Shown: one piece after another, positions 32,997-44,761 of the stretch | How the letters are laid out: every line of letters starts with the position of its first letter | Numbering within the stretch: the stretch's first letter is position 1 | Source: an uncultured Alphaproteobacteria bacterium | GTDB lineage: Bacteria > Pseudomonadota > Alphaproteobacteria > Rhizobiales > Xanthobacteraceae | NCBI GenBank assembly: GCA_963850885.1 | Contig: CAWKOD010000040.1 | Coordinates: 9,962 to 73,961 of the forward strand | Length of the DNA stretch: 64,000 nt | Direction: 5' to 3' | Program-made: the position numbers and the translations under genes | Notes under the pieces: model-generated | The model's input: only the letters and a program-made list of their open reading frames with translations | What the model was told of the DNA's origin: nothing | Database searches by the model: none

Positions 32997-33802
32997 CACT
33001 GCACCCAGCGGCGAAGATAGCCGGACGAATATTCCACCACCATCACGATGGCGATGATGACCAGCAGGATGGCGGCCGCGGAATCGAACTCGTAGCGGTC
33101 GAATGCGGTGTTGAGCGTCGCGCCGATGCCGCCGCCGCCGACGATGCCGACCACGGCCAACTCGCGGAAGTTGATGTCGAAGCGGTAGAGGCCGAGGCCG
33201 ATCATGCGCGGCATCACCTGCGGCTGCACGCCGTAGTTGATCCACTGCAGCCAGCCGGCGCCGGTGGCGCGCACCGCCTCGGCTTGGCCCGGGTCCATGT
33301 CCTCGATGTCTTCGGCGAGCAGCTTGCCGTAGAAGCCGATGGTGGCGAAGGCGAGCGTGACGCAGCCCGCGAACGGGCCGAAGCCGAACAGCTTGACGAA
33401 GAAGATAGCGAGAATGACCTCCTGGAAGCTCCGCGACACGGCGAGGATGCCGCGGCAGAAATAATAGACCGGCGCCGGCGCGATGTTTTTCGCAGCGCCA
33501 ATGCCGACCGGGATCGACAGCGCGATGCCGATCACGGTGGAGACCACCGTCATCCAGAGACTCTCTTCAATGCCCTCGGCGATTTCGCTCCAGCGGCTGA
33601 CGAAATCCGGCGGGAAGAACGCCGAGAAGAATTTCACCCCGCGCGGCAGGCCCTCCCAGACGCGGGTCCAGTTCACCTCGGTGGTGCCGAGCGCCAGCGC
33701 GAGATAGATCGCGGCGCCGAGTGCCAGCGACCAGCGCAGCCAGGCGCGCTGGATCATCGGCGGCTTCTTCCAGCGGCGAGGCGAGGTGGCGGCGATCGAC
33801 AT
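32996..33802 (-). CDS. phnE: Phosphonate/phosphite ABC permease
   Basis: FFPPDF, GKLLAEDIE, YRFDINFRE..VGIVGGGGIG. Confidence 0.9.
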   Translation of the reverse strand: MSIAATSPRRWKKPPMIQRAWLRWSLALGAAIYLALALGTTEVNWTRVWEGLPRGVKFFSAFFPPDFVSRWSEIAEGIEESLWMTVVSTVIGIALSIPVGIGAAKNIAPAPVYYFCRGILAVSRSFQEVILAIFFVKLFGFGPFAGCVTLAFATIGFYGKLLAEDIEDMDPGQAEAVRATGAGWLQWINYGVQPQVMPRMIGLGLYRFDINFRELAVVGIVGGGGIGATLNTAFDRYEFDSAAAILLVIIAIVMVVEYSSGYLRRWVQ

Positions 33803-33804
33803 GA

Positions 33805-34656
33805 CTACGTCAGCCCGGCCATGCGGTCGCGGCTTGGGAGCGGCAATTCCAGCGGAATAACTTCGTCGATCTCGGCCTCGGCCGCTTCGTCGTCGACCTT
33901 GCGGATGGTGGCCGACCAGTCCTCCTCGCCGTAGATTTTGGTCAGCACATCGGCGGTGAGATTGTTCGGCGGCCCGTCATAGACGATCTCGCCGAGTTGC
34001 AGCCCGACGATCCGCTCGGCGAACATCTGCGCCAGCATGACGTCATGGATGTTGATGATGGCGGAGAGCTTGCGCTCGGCGCACAGCTCCTTGATCAGCC
34101 GCATGATCTGCCGCGAGGTCTTCGGATCGAGCGAGGCGGTCGGTTCGTCGACCAGCAGCAATTCCGGATTCTGGATGAGCGCCCGGCAGATGCCGACGCG
34201 CTGGCGCTGTCCGCCGGACAGTTCATCGGCGCGCTTGTCGGCCATGTGATCGAGCCCGACCCGCGCCAGCAGCCGGAATGCCTCGTCGATGTCGGATTGC
34301 GGAAATTTCCGAAAGAAGCTCTTCCAGAACCCGACGGTGCCGAGCCGTCCGCTCAGCACGTTTTCCATCACCGAGAGCCGTTCAACCAGCGCGTACTCCT
34401 GGAAGATCATGCCCATGCGCTGCCGCGCGCGGCGCAGCTCGCCGCGGCCGAGCGTGGTAATTTCAAGGTCGTTGAGGGTGACCGTGCCTGCGGTCGGCTC
34501 GACCAGCCGGTTGATGCAGCGGATCACGGTCGATTTGCCGGCGCCGGACGGGCCGATCAGCGCCATCACCTGGCCGTCGGGCACGTCGAGGTCGATACCC
34601 TTGAGCGCCACGTCGCCGGTCCGGTAGCGCTTCACCAGACCCTTGATCCGCAACAT
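33805..34656 (-). CDS. phnC: Phosphonate/phosphite ABC ATP-binding protein
   Basis: [45 protein letters not shown]. Confidence 0.92.
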   Translation of the reverse strand: MLRIKGLVKRYRTGDVALKGIDLDVPDGQVMALIGPSGAGKSTVIRCINRLVEPTAGTVTLNDLEITTLGRGELRRARQRMGMIFQEYALVERLSVMENVLSGRLGTVGFWKSFFRKFPQSDIDEAFRLLARVGLDHMADKRADELSGGQRQRVGICRALIQNPELLLVDEPTASLDPKTSRQIMRLIKELCAERKLSAIINIHDVMLAQMFAERIVGLQLGEIVYDGPPNNLTADVLTKIYGEEDWSATIRKVDDEAAEAEIDEVIPLELPLPSRDRMAGLT

Positions 34657-34682
34657 GCGCCGCGCCCCCGCTGGCCGCTTGC

Positions 34683-35655
34683 CTATTTGCAAGTGTATTT
34701 GACGCCGGTCGCGTCGTCGATCTTGCGCAGCACCGCCCAGTCCTTCTTGTAGTCGATCGGGATGAATTTGCCCTCTTTCTGGAACTCGGCCTGGAGCGCC
34801 GAACCCTCCCAGGGGAAATTGAAGAAGGCCTCCTTGATCTTCTCGACCAGTTTCGGATCGAGGTTGTGGGCGTAGCCGTAGCCTGAGGTCGGGAATGTCT
34901 CGGACTTGTAGATCGAGCGGATCTTGGCTTTGTCGAATACCTTGCGGTCGATCATCCGGTTGAGCACCGAGTTGGCCACTGCCGCGGCTTCGTAGTCCTT
35001 GTTGACGACGCCCAGGATCGAGTTGTCGTGCTTGCCGGAGAACACCGGCTCGAAGTCGCGCTTCGAACTCGAGACCGAAGTCGGCCTTGAGGATCGCCGA
35101 CGGCGCCTTGAAGCCTGAGTTCGATGTCGCGTCGGTGAACGCGATCTTGTGGCCCTTGAGATCGGTCGGTTCCTTGATCGGGCTGTCGGCCGGCACGATG
35201 ATTTCCATCTCGTAGCCGAAGCTGTTGTCCGGCGCGGCCATCATCGCGAATGGCACGAAGCCTGCGCAGTTCACCGCGAGCGCGTTGCCGCCGGCGTTGA
35301 CGCCCGCGACATGCAGGCGGCCCGAGCGCATCGCCTCGTATTGCGCGGCGTTCGATTGCACCGGGAAGAACGCCACCTTTTTTCCGGTGGTCTTCTCCAG
35401 GTTCTTGATGAATCCGTCCCACACCTTTTGATAAACGGCAGGGTCCTCGACCGGCGTGTAGGAGAAGATCAGCGTCGATGGATTGACGATCTTCTTCGGA
35501 TCGGTCGGCAGGTCGGCGGTGAGATCGCCGTTGCGGTCGCAATAGGCCTTGTCGAGCGTGCCGCGCGGGCAGTCTTCCTGCGCGCTGGCCGCGCTGGACA
35601 GCACGAGAGCGCCCGCGAGCGCGGCGATGACCGTCAGCGATCCATTCCGGAGCAT
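34683..35655 (-). CDS. phnD: Phosphate/phosphite/phosphonate binding protein, paralogue 2 (frameshift near 35065)
   Basis: [40 protein letters not shown]. Confidence 0.85.
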
Positions 35656-35672
35656 GTGTTGCACTCCCAGCC

Positions 35673-36641
35673 TCACTTGCAGGTGTATTTGACGCCGGTC
35701 GCCGCATCGATCTTGCGGATCACGCTCCAGTCCTTCTGGTAGGTGATCGGCACGAAGCGATCCTCGGTCTTGAACTCCGCCTTCAGCGCCGAGCCCTCCC
35801 ACGGGAAGGTGAAGAACGCCTCCTTGATTTTTGCGGCGAGCGCCGGATCGAGATTGTGCGCGATGCCGTAGCTGGTGGTCGGGAAGGTCTCGGATTTGTA
35901 GACGGTCCGGATCTTGGCCTTGTCCACCACCTTCCGCTCGAACATGCGGAACATCACCTCGTTGGCGATCGCGGCCGCGTCGTAGTCCTTGTTGGCGACG
36001 CCGAGCACCGAGTTGTCGTGCTTGCCGGAGAACACCGGCGTGAAGTCGCGTTCGGCCTTGAGATTGAACTCGGATTCCAGAATCGCCGATGGTGCCTTGA
36101 AGCCCGAGTTCGAGGTCGGCGCGGTGAACGCGACCTTCTTGCCTTTGAGGTCGGCCGGCGTCTTGATCGGGCTGTCGGCCGGCACGATGATTTCCATCTC
36201 GTAGCCGAAGGTGCCGCTCTGGGTGCCCATGATGGCGAACGGCACATAGCCCGCGCAGTTCACCGCGATCGGAGTGGGGCCGGTGCTGACGCCGGCGATA
36301 TGCAGGCGGCCGGATCGCATCGCCTCGATCTCCGCCGCATTCGACTGCACCGGGAAGAATACGACCTTTTTTCCGGTGACCTTCTCGGCGTGCTTGATGA
36401 AGCCATCCCACACCTTGGAATACAGCGCCGGGTCCTCGACCGGCGTGTAGGCGAAGATCAGCGTCGACGGATTGATGAGCTGCTTGGAATCGGTCGGCGC
36501 ATCGGCGACCAGGTCGCCATTCCTGTCGCAATAGGCCTTATCGAGGTCGCCGCGCGGACAGTCCTGTGCAGCGGCAAACCCCGTTCCGATGACGATCATG
36601 GCTGCGACGCAGCCGGCCAGCCGGGCGATCGAGGACACCAT
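35673..36641 (-). CDS. phnD: Phosphate/phosphite/phosphonate binding protein, paralogue 1
   Basis: [34 protein letters not shown]; GGGAG RBS. Confidence 0.87.
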   Translation of the reverse strand: MVSSIARLAGCVAAMIVIGTGFAAAQDCPRGDLDKAYCDRNGDLVADAPTDSKQLINPSTLIFAYTPVEDPALYSKVWDGFIKHAEKVTGKKVVFFPVQSNAAEIEAMRSGRLHIAGVSTGPTPIAVNCAGYVPFAIMGTQSGTFGYEMEIIVPADSPIKTPADLKGKKVAFTAPTSNSGFKAPSAILESEFNLKAERDFTPVFSGKHDNSVLGVANKDYDAAAIANEVMFRMFERKVVDKAKIRTVYKSETFPTTSYGIAHNLDPALAAKIKEAFFTFPWEGSALKAEFKTEDRFVPITYQKDWSVIRKIDAATGVKYTCK

Positions 36642-36671
36642 GGTTTTCTCCCTGCGTCGTGCCGCCCTGTT

Positions 36672-36712
36672 ATGACGTTCCGGCGACGGCCATACGACAA
36701 CGGGGATGATAG
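36672..36712 (-). promoter_or_regulatory. Degenerate Pho-box array upstream of phnD
   Basis: Minus strand CTATCAT-N5-TTGTCGT-N4-CCGTCGC-N4-ACGTCAT: four heptamers at about 11-bp spacing. Confidence 0.5.
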
Positions 36713-36730
36713 CTGAAATCGCCGGGTCTT

Positions 36731-37237
36731 CTATGCCGCCACTGGATGGAATTTCCGCACCGCGAGCGGTGGCCAGCACGACGAACAGTGATCAACAGCC
36801 GCGCTCTGGCGATCAGAAACGGCGGCTCGGATTGCGTCGGCGCCAGCGCGTGTAGCGCCGGAATCTTGCCGAAACTCTGCGCCACCAGCACGAACACGTT
36901 GGTCCACAGCGCGATCGATCGCGGCTGATCACATATAGTCCAGCGCCATGAGCCCTGCATATCGAACGTGTAGCGTGCAATGATCGCGGCCAGCGCCAGC
37001 CAGCAGCGAGAAGATCGCGCCAACAAAATGCGACGGCAGGAGATGATCGAACGGAAAGCCAAAACCGGTGAGATTGGTCAGCGGTCGTGAAGAGCAGAAA
37101 CCAGAACGGTCCAGCCGTCCAGCCGCTTGTTGGCGAGCATGCCGAACACGATCATGAGGCCCGTTCGGCGATCGCGATAAGGCAGATGATGACATGCAGA
37201 TCGTATAGGCGGACAAACTGAATATGCCGAGAACCAT
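36731..37237 (-). pseudogene. Conserved-looking membrane protein broken by several indels (pseudogene or sequencing error)
   Basis: GAGGAG + ATG 37237; fragments in different frames join as MVLGIFSLSAYT..LTNLTGFGFPFDHLLPSH..NVFVLVAQSFGKIPALHALAPTQSEPPF..VRKFHPVAA. Confidence 0.55.
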
Positions 37238-37393
37238 GATCACACTCCTCAAGCTGACATGGCCCACGTGGCGAAACCTACCATCTCTGGGCGGGCGCCG
37301 TCCCACGCGAGCGCGGCATTCGGTCATGCACCATGACGGAGTGTTGAAATGATCGCGCCAGCCGCGCATGCTTAAGTTGAGGGGGATGGGCTC

Positions 37394-38363
37394 ATGGCAG
37401 ATCTTGCGCAGAGTTCTCGCGGCGGCCGTGCTTGCTGTTTGCGTTCTCGGCCATGGCGGCGGCTCAGGATTATCCGAACCGGCCGGTGCGCCTCGTCGTG
37501 CCGTTCCCGCCCGGCGGCATCAATGACATTGTCGGTCGTGTCATCGCGCAGCATCTCGGCGACCGGCTCGGCAAGCAGGTCATCGTCGAGAATCGCGGCG
37601 GCGCCGGCGGCGTGGTCGGCCAGCGAATTCGTCGCCAACGCGCCGAAGGACGGCCATACGCTGCTGATCGTGTCATTGGCGGGCGCGGTCAACCCTTGGC
37701 TCTACACACTGCCTTACGATCCAGTGAAATCCTTCGCGCCGGTCGCCATGCTGGTCGCAGCTCCAAACGTCGTCACGGTCAATCCCGGCCTGCCGGTGAA
37801 CAGCATCAAGGAGCTGGTCGCGCTGGCCAAGGCGAAGCCCGGCGAATTGCAATATGCGTCGTCCGGCGTCGGCACCTTCCTGCATCTGGCCGGCGAGCTG
37901 TTCAAGATCACCGCTGGTGTCGACATCCTGCATATCCCGTTTCGCGGTGCGGGCCCGGCGCTGATCGACGTGGTCGGCGGCCACACCAAGGTGGCGTTCG
38001 GCTCGGTGACCTCGAGCGCCGCGCACATCCGCGCCGGCAAGCTCCGCGCGCTCGGCGTCGGCAGCATGACGCGCAGCGCCGCGCTGCCGGACGTACCGAC
38101 GGTGGCCGAAGCCGGCGTTCCCGGCTACGAGGCGTCGAACTGGATCGGCCTCGTGGCGACCGGCGGCACCCCCGAGCCCATTGTGGCGCGGCTGCACAAG
38201 GACATTTCCGAGATTCTCGAGTTCACCTGAGGTTCAGAAGCTGTTCGCCTCTGAAGGCGCCGACATCGTGCATATGAGCACCGCGCAATTCGGCGCCTAC
38301 ATGACGAGCGAGATCGACAAATGGGGCCGCGTCGTCAAACAGGCCGGCATCAAGGCGCAGTAG
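37394..38363 (+). CDS. Bug/TctC receptor (several frameshifts)
   Basis: [54 protein letters not shown]. Confidence 0.85.
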
Positions 38364-38466
38364 CTTTTGCTGTTCGGCTGCGCCGGAGACGTGATCGAAT
38401 AAAAGGTGCTAGAATGACGAATCGGAACCTTCCCGAAACAGGAAGGGCCGTCAAAGGGAGGGCGAC

Positions 38467-38575
38467 ATGCTGAGCGGTATCACGGTGCTGTTTGTTTCGC
38501 TGGGAGTCCTTGGCCGCGATCTGGATCATGGTGCTGGTGGGGTCGAGACATTTCGGCTCGCCGCCGGAGCACTAG
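38467..38575 (+). CDS. Possible small single-pass membrane protein (about 35 aa, needs one indel correction)
   Basis: GGGAGG RBS; MLSGITVLFVSLGVL joined to AAIWIMVLVGSRHFGSPPEH-stop. Confidence 0.3.
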
Positions 38576-38621
38576 GCGGCCTTCTTCGGACGTTCTCGAG
38601 GATCGTCATCGGCCTGCTCGG

Positions 38622-39950
38622 CTACGACGCCGCCTGCCGCCGTATGATCTCGCGACGGTCGAGGCCCAGGTGCGAGCGCAGCGTCGTGCCGGCGTATTCA
38701 TTCCGGTACAGCCCGCGCCGCTGCAATTCCGGCACCACCTTGTCGACGAAGTCGTCGAACGCGCCGGGGAAATAGGCCGGCATGATGACGAAACCATCCG
38801 CCATGCCGCCCGTGAACCACTCCTCGAAAATATCCGCGATCCGTTTCGGCGTTCCGTAGATCACCCAGTGGCCGCGCGCCGCCGCCGTTACGTTGTACAG
38901 ATCGCGCAGCGTCATCTTCTCGCGGCGGGCCATGTCCAGCAGCACCGTCGAGAACGCCTGGCCGCGTTCGGTGTGCGCGGGAAAGTCGGGGACGGGACCG
39001 TCGAGCGGGTAGCCGGAGATGTCGTGCCCGATCCGCTGCGACACCAGAGCAAGTGCGTTCGTGGGGGTCAGCCAGCTTTGCAGGCGGGCCAACTGCTCCT
39101 TGGCCTGCTCGTCGGTGTCGCCGATGATCGGCATGACACCCGGCAGGATCGGCAGCTCGTCAGGCACCCGGCCGTGCTTGACGACGCGCTGCTTCAGGCT
39201 GTCGTAGGCGGCCTTGGCCGATGTCTTGTCGCCGTTGACCACGGAGAACACCAGGTCGGCCGAGCGGGCCGAGAGCTCCTGCCCGGGCACCGAGCCGCCG
39301 GCCTGAATGATGACCGGATGACCTTGCGGCGACCGCTCGATGTTGAGCGGGCCTTTCACCGAATAGAACCGCCCCTTGTGGTCGAGCGGCCGTATCTTCG
39401 ACTTGTCGAGGTAGACGCCGGTCGCCTTGTCGGCGACGACCGCGTCATCGTCCCAGGAGTCCCAGAGCCCGCGCACGACGTCGACGAATTCCGTTGCGAT
39501 CTCGTAGCGCAGGTCATGTTCGTTGAGCCGCTGCTTGCTGAAATTGAGCGCGGCCTTGTCGTGGGTGCTGGTGACGACGTTCCAGCCGGCGCGGCCATTG
39601 CTGAGATGATCGAGCGAAGCGAAGGCGCGCGCGACATGGTACGGCTCGCCGAAGCTGGTCGACACCGTGGCGCCGAGGCCGACGTGGGTCGTCACCGTGC
39701 TCAGCGCGGCGAGCAGCGTGAGCGGCTCGAACCGGTTGGTGAAGGACGGATGGTCGCCGGGGTCCATCACCACGGCGTCGGAAATGAAGAACAGGTCGAA
39801 CTTGCCGCGCTCGGCGGTGGCCGCGATGGTCTTCATCACCGGGAAGCTGCAGCTGGTCGTGAACGCGCCTTCATAGCGCCATCCGGCCGAGTGGTTGCCG
39901 GTGCCGAGCACGAAGACGCCGAGATGCATCTGACGCTTGCGTTCAGCCAT
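38622..39950 (-). CDS. NtaA/SnaA/DszA-family FMNH2-dependent monooxygenase
   Basis: AERGKFD, RFEPLTLL, SLDHLSNGRAGWNVVTS, SPQGHPVIIQAGGS, VVPELQRRG, TLRSHLGL. Confidence 0.92.
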   Translation of the reverse strand: MAERKRQMHLGVFVLGTGNHSAGWRYEGAFTTSCSFPVMKTIAATAERGKFDLFFISDAVVMDPGDHPSFTNRFEPLTLLAALSTVTTHVGLGATVSTSFGEPYHVARAFASLDHLSNGRAGWNVVTSTHDKAALNFSKQRLNEHDLRYEIATEFVDVVRGLWDSWDDDAVVADKATGVYLDKSKIRPLDHKGRFYSVKGPLNIERSPQGHPVIIQAGGSVPGQELSARSADLVFSVVNGDKTSAKAAYDSLKQRVVKHGRVPDELPILPGVMPIIGDTDEQAKEQLARLQSWLTPTNALALVSQRIGHDISGYPLDGPVPDFPAHTERGQAFSTVLLDMARREKMTLRDLYNVTAAARGHWVIYGTPKRIADIFEEWFTGGMADGFVIMPAYFPGAFDDFVDKVVPELQRRGLYRNEYAGTTLRSHLGLDRREIIRRQAAS

Positions 39951-39968
39951 GATGGGAGTTTCCTGAGG

Positions 39969-40953
39969 TCATTGCTCGATGCGGATATTCTTCTCGCGCA
40001 CGATCGTCGTCCACTTCTGCAGCTCCGTCTGCACCTTCGCGGCGAGAACATCCGGTCCGCCGCCGGCCGGCTCGTTTCCGACCTTCAGGAAGCCTTCCCT
40101 CACTTCGGGCGGCGCCAGCGCGGCGTTGACCTTGCTGTTCAGCAGATCGACCACGGCCTTGGGCGTCCCGGCCGGCGCAAACAAGCCGAACCAGACCGAG
40201 GCTTCGAAGCCCGGCACGGCGGATTCGGAAATCGTCGGCTCGTCGGGAAGGACCGGAGATCGTTTGCTGGTCGAGACGCCGAGCAGGCGTATGGTGTTGC
40301 CGCGGATATAGCCCAGCGTCACCGCGATGCCATCGAAGGCGAACTGGATGCGGCCGCCGATCAGGTCGGTCATCATCGGCGCCGAGCCGCGATAGGGAAT
40401 GTGATTGGTCTCGATGCCGGCCATCGTATTGAGCAGCTCGGCGACGAGGTGATTGCTGCTGCCGGTGCCGTACGAGCCGAACGAAAGCGTGCCGGGCTTG
40501 GCCTTGGCGAGCGCGATCAGGTCCGCGGCGGTCTTCACCGGGACGTCGTTGTTGGCGACCAGCATGAGGGGGGCGGACGTGATCAGCGCGACCGGGGCGA
40601 AGTCGCGCACCGGATCGTAGCCGAGCTTGGTATAGACGTTCGGGTTCGTTCCGTGCGTGCTGGCGGTGCCCATCAGCAGCGTGTAGCCGTCGCGCGGCGC
40701 CTGCGCGACGAAGGTGGCGCCGACGAGCCGCCCGCGCCACCGCGGTTCTCGATGATGACCGATTGTCCCAGCAACTCGCCGAGCCGCGGCGCGATGACCC
40801 GGGCCACCACGTCGACGCCGCCGCCGGGCGGGAACGGCACGACGATCTTGATGGTCTGGCTTGGATAGTCGGCGGCGTCGAGCCGCGCAAGCTTGCCGCG
40901 AGGACGAGCGCGGCGACAGCAAAGGCACAGGCGGAGCGGATCGTCAGGCGCAT
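39969..40953 (-). CDS. Bug/TctC receptor (frameshifts near N-terminus)
   Basis: [43 protein letters not shown]. Confidence 0.85.
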
Positions 40954-40956
40954 GGG

Positions 40957-43321
40957 TCAATTCTGAACCAGCGCCGAAGCCTTGTCATCCACGTCAGGCG
41001 CGGCCTGTCCGACCGCCCGGATCATCTCGACGATCGTCATCGGGTTCAGCGGCACATGGCCGATGCGCACGTTGAACGGCGTGAGCGCATCCTCGACCGC
41101 CGAGATGAGCGCGGCCGCGGCCGGGATCGTGCCGGCCTCGCCGACGCCCTTGACGCCGAGCGGATTGAGCGGCGAGCGCGTCTCCTTGTAGAGCGTCTGC
41201 AGCATCGGCACCTCGGTCGCGGTCGGCAACAGATAATCCGCGAACGTCGTGGTCACCGGCTGTGCGCCGTCGTCGTAGCCCATCCATTCGTAGAACGTGT
41301 TGCCGATGCCGTGCGCGACGCCGCCGTGGATCTGGCCCTCGACCATCATCGGGTTGATCAGCACGCCGGAGTCCTGCATCGCCACATAGCGCAGGATTTT
41401 CACCTCGCCGGTCTCGGCGTCGACCTCGACCTCGGCGACATGGCAGGCGTTGGCGTAGGACAGCGCGTCCATGCGGTGCATGACATTGGCTTCGAGGCCC
41501 GGCTCGACGCCGGGCGGAAAGCCGTAGCCGGGCGCGCCCTGCAAAATGCGCGCGATCTCGCCGAGCTTGACGTTGAGCTGCGGCGCGCCGAGGACGCGCA
41601 CCTCGCCGTCGACCAGCTCGAGATCGTGCTCGGCCGCCTCCAGAATATGCGAGGCGACCTTCTTCGCCTTGTCGGCGACAGCCATCGCCGCCAGGTGCAC
41701 CGACGAACCGGCGGTGACGGTCTGCCGGCTGGCGAAACCGCCGAGGCCGAGCGAGACGCCGGCGGTGTCGCCGGCCACGACCTTCACCTTGTCCACGCTG
41801 ACGCCGAGCTGAGCCGCGGCGATCTGCGCCATCGCGGTGCCGAGGCCTTGTCCCATGGCGGAGGCGCCGGTGAACACGGTGACCTTGCCGGTCCGGGAGA
41901 TGCGGACGAGGCCGGACTCGAACGGGCCGCGGCCGGTGCCCTTGACGCCATGCGCCAGGCCGATGCCGAGATATCGGCCGCGCGCTCTCGCCTCGGCCTG
42001 GCGTTTCGGAAACTCGTCCCAGCCGGCGGCAGCCAGCGCCTCGGCCTGGCAGGCCGGATAATCGCCGCTGTCGTATTCCATCGCCGCGCCAGAGCGCGCC
42101 TTCAGCGGCTTCTTGTACGGCATCTTGCTCGCCGGGATGAGATTGCGCCGCCGCACTTCGGCGCGGTCGAGCTTCATCTCCCGCGCGACGAGATCGAGCA
42201 GCCGCTCCATCGCGAACGCCGCCTGCGGATAGCCTGCGCCGCGCACCGACGACACCGGCGTCTTGTTGCTCATGGCGATGGTGACGTCGATCGACAGCCC
42301 CGGCACGATGTAGGGGCCGCTCATGGTCGATGCCGAATTGTAGGGGATGTTCGGGTCCTGAATCGTATAGGCGCCGGTGTCGTGCAGCAGCTTGCCGCGC
42401 ACGCCGAGCACCTTGGCGTCGGCGTCGACCGCGATCTCCAGGTGCCAGTACTGGTCGCGCTCGTGCACCGCATTGGTGAAATATTCGCGGCGGTCCTCGG
42501 TCCATTTGATCGAGCGGCCGAGCAGCTTCGCCGCCGCCACCACGGCGACGTCCTCGGAATAGACGCAAAGCTTGGCGCCGAAACCGCCGCCGATGTCGGG
42601 GGCGACGACGCGGAGGCTCTGGTCGAAGTCCATCAGCGAGGTCAGCGTCTGCTGCAGATCGTGCGCCTTCTGGGTCGAGGCGTGCACCGTGATGCCGCCG
42701 TCGGCCTGGCGCAGCTCCGCGAGAAGTCCGCGCGCCTCGATCGAATGCGCCGCGCCGCGGTGCTGCCACAGCTCCTGCTTGAACACATGCGCGGCCTTGG
42801 CGAATGCCGCATCGACGTCGCCGAACGCCACCTTGTAGGTGGTGATGACGTTGGTCGAGAGCTCGCGGCGGATCGGCGCGGAATCCTTCGCCGTGCGCAC
42901 GTCGGCGACGAACGGCAAGGCCTCGTAGTCCACCGCGACCTGCGCCGCGGCGTCCTCGGCGATGTAGCGGTCGTCCGCCACCACCATCGCCACCGGTTCG
43001 CCGACGTAACAGACCTCGCCGTCGGCCAGCGCGAACGGCCAGGCCTTGTCGAGCGGCATGCCGGAGTTGGAGTGCCGGATCATGCGGCGCAGAACCATCA
43101 CCTCGGCGAGATCGTCCAAGGTGAGCACGGCATGAACGCCCGGCACAGCGAGCGCCGCGGTCTTGTCGACGCTCTTGATCAGCGCATGCGGATGCGGGCT
43201 CCGCACGAACGCCACGTGCCAGACGCCGGCCAGCACGATGTCGTCGACGAAGCGTCCGCGCCCGCGCAGCAGCGGCTCGTCCTCCAGGCGGGTGATGCGT
43301 GAGCCGATGGTGGTGGGACAT
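40957..43321 (-). CDS. Mo-binding large subunit (xanthine oxidoreductase family, L3), frameshift just after start
   Basis: [52 protein letters not shown]. Confidence 0.92.
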
Positions 43322-44336
43322 TTACTTGGTAATCGCCTCGCCGGCCTTTTTCAGCACGTCCTTCGGCGTCGCATAAAGCTCCGCCAGCAGCTCCTCCAGC
43401 GCCTTGCCGCTGACCGGATTGACGTCGATGTCGAGCTTCTTGGCGTCGGCGAGATACTCCGGGTCCTTCATGGTGGCGTCGAACGCCGCGACCAGCGCCG
43501 CCTTGCGGTCGGCCGGAATGCCGGGCGGCGCCGCGAACGGCCGCGCCATCTCCTGCGCCGCGAGGAACAGCTTCAGGATCTGCAGCTTCTCGGGGTCCTT
43601 GGTCTGCTCCATCACCAGCGGAACGTCGCCGATCTCCGGCACCTTCTTGAACGAGGCCTGCACGAGCAGGTTGATCTTCTTGTCCTTGAGCCATTGCGCG
43701 TGGCGCGTCTTGATCGTGCTCCACGACAGGCCGCACAGGCCGTCGACCTCGCCGCGCTCCATCGCCAGCGCGATCTCGTTGGTGCCGGGATAGCCGGCGA
43801 CGAGCTTGATCGGTGCGCCGAACACGTTCTTGTAGAGGCGCGCGAAAATGTCGGGCTCCGAGCTCGGTCCCTGGCCGCCGAGCGTGATCGGTTTCTCCAG
43901 GAAGATCCTTCCAGGTCTTCACCGGCGAGGTGTGCCAGGAGACGCAAAGGCTCACGTCATCGGTGACGCTGCCGAGCCAGGAGAACTTGGTGCCGTCGAA
44001 GGTCGCGCCGCTTTCCAGGAGCGGATTGATGCCGGTGGTGCGGGCGAAGGTGCCGAACGCGGTGCCGTCCTTCGGCGCCGCGGTGTAGATGAAGTTCGCC
44101 GCGCGCAGGCTTCCGGCGCCCGCCATGTTCTGCGGCACGATGGCCGGATTGCCGGGAATGTGCTTGCCCATGTGGCGGGCGAGATGGCGGGCGTAGAGGT
44201 CGTAGCCGCCGCCGACCGAAAAGCCGATCGCCAGATTGATGGTCTTGCCCTTGTAGAACTCCTCGACGCTCTGGGCGCGGACGGGCAGGGCGGACAGAGC
44301 GACGAAGACAAGAGCGGCGGGCAGAAGGCGGCGCAT
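43322..44336 (-). CDS. Bug/TctC-like receptor, GGGYD subtype (frameshift near 43905)
   Basis: FYKGKTINLAIGFSVGGGYD, QNMAGAGS, GYPGT, MERGEVDG; paralogue of 29064..30101. Confidence 0.85.
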
Positions 44337-44455
44337 TCCAAACTCCAAACGCATCGGCGGTCACCCCGGGCCGGCAATCTTATTCGGTGGGCACGGGCAT
44401 TGTCGATCAATCCCGCGCGAGTGACGCGTGGCGGCGCGAACGTCGCTGCGGCGTT

Positions 44456-44761
44456 TCAGCAGCCGCGGCACAAGATCAGCTTGTCGTCTTTCTTGTTCAC
44501 CCGATCCTGCAGCGCATCGAGATTGTCTTTCGGAAGAGGCCGGACGTTGGCGGCGACCGGCTGGCGGTGTCCCACCGGCGCCTCCGGCATACAGCTGCCG
44601 CCGTTGCCCGCCACCTCGTCACGGCATTTATCGATGTCGCGAAATCCGCAGTTGGCTGCGCCCTGGTTCGAGATCGCGCACCAGCGTTGCGCGGCTGCGT
44701 TGTCGTCCACGATGATCGTCCCGGCAACGGAAAAGATGAGGGCGGTGAGAGCGGCGCGCAT
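44456..44761 (-). CDS. Small secreted Cys-rich protein (DUF3551-like)
   Basis: Signal peptide; WCA..NCGF....C...GNGGSC; C-terminal LILCRGC. Confidence 0.65.
   Translation of the reverse strand: MRAALTALIFSVAGTIIVDDNAAAQRWCAISNQGAANCGFRDIDKCRDEVAGNGGSCMPEAPVGHRQPVAANVRPLPKDNLDALQDRVNKKDDKLILCRGC

Noticed and set aside
33805-36531. 908-aa PhnD-PhnC fusion
   Set aside because: Created by the frameshift near 35065; the corrected PhnD ends GVKYTCK like its paralogue, and PhnC starts at 34656.
38424-38452. EcfG promoter before the small ORF at 38467
   Set aside because: GGAAC to CGTC spacer is 20 nt, too long for the consensus.
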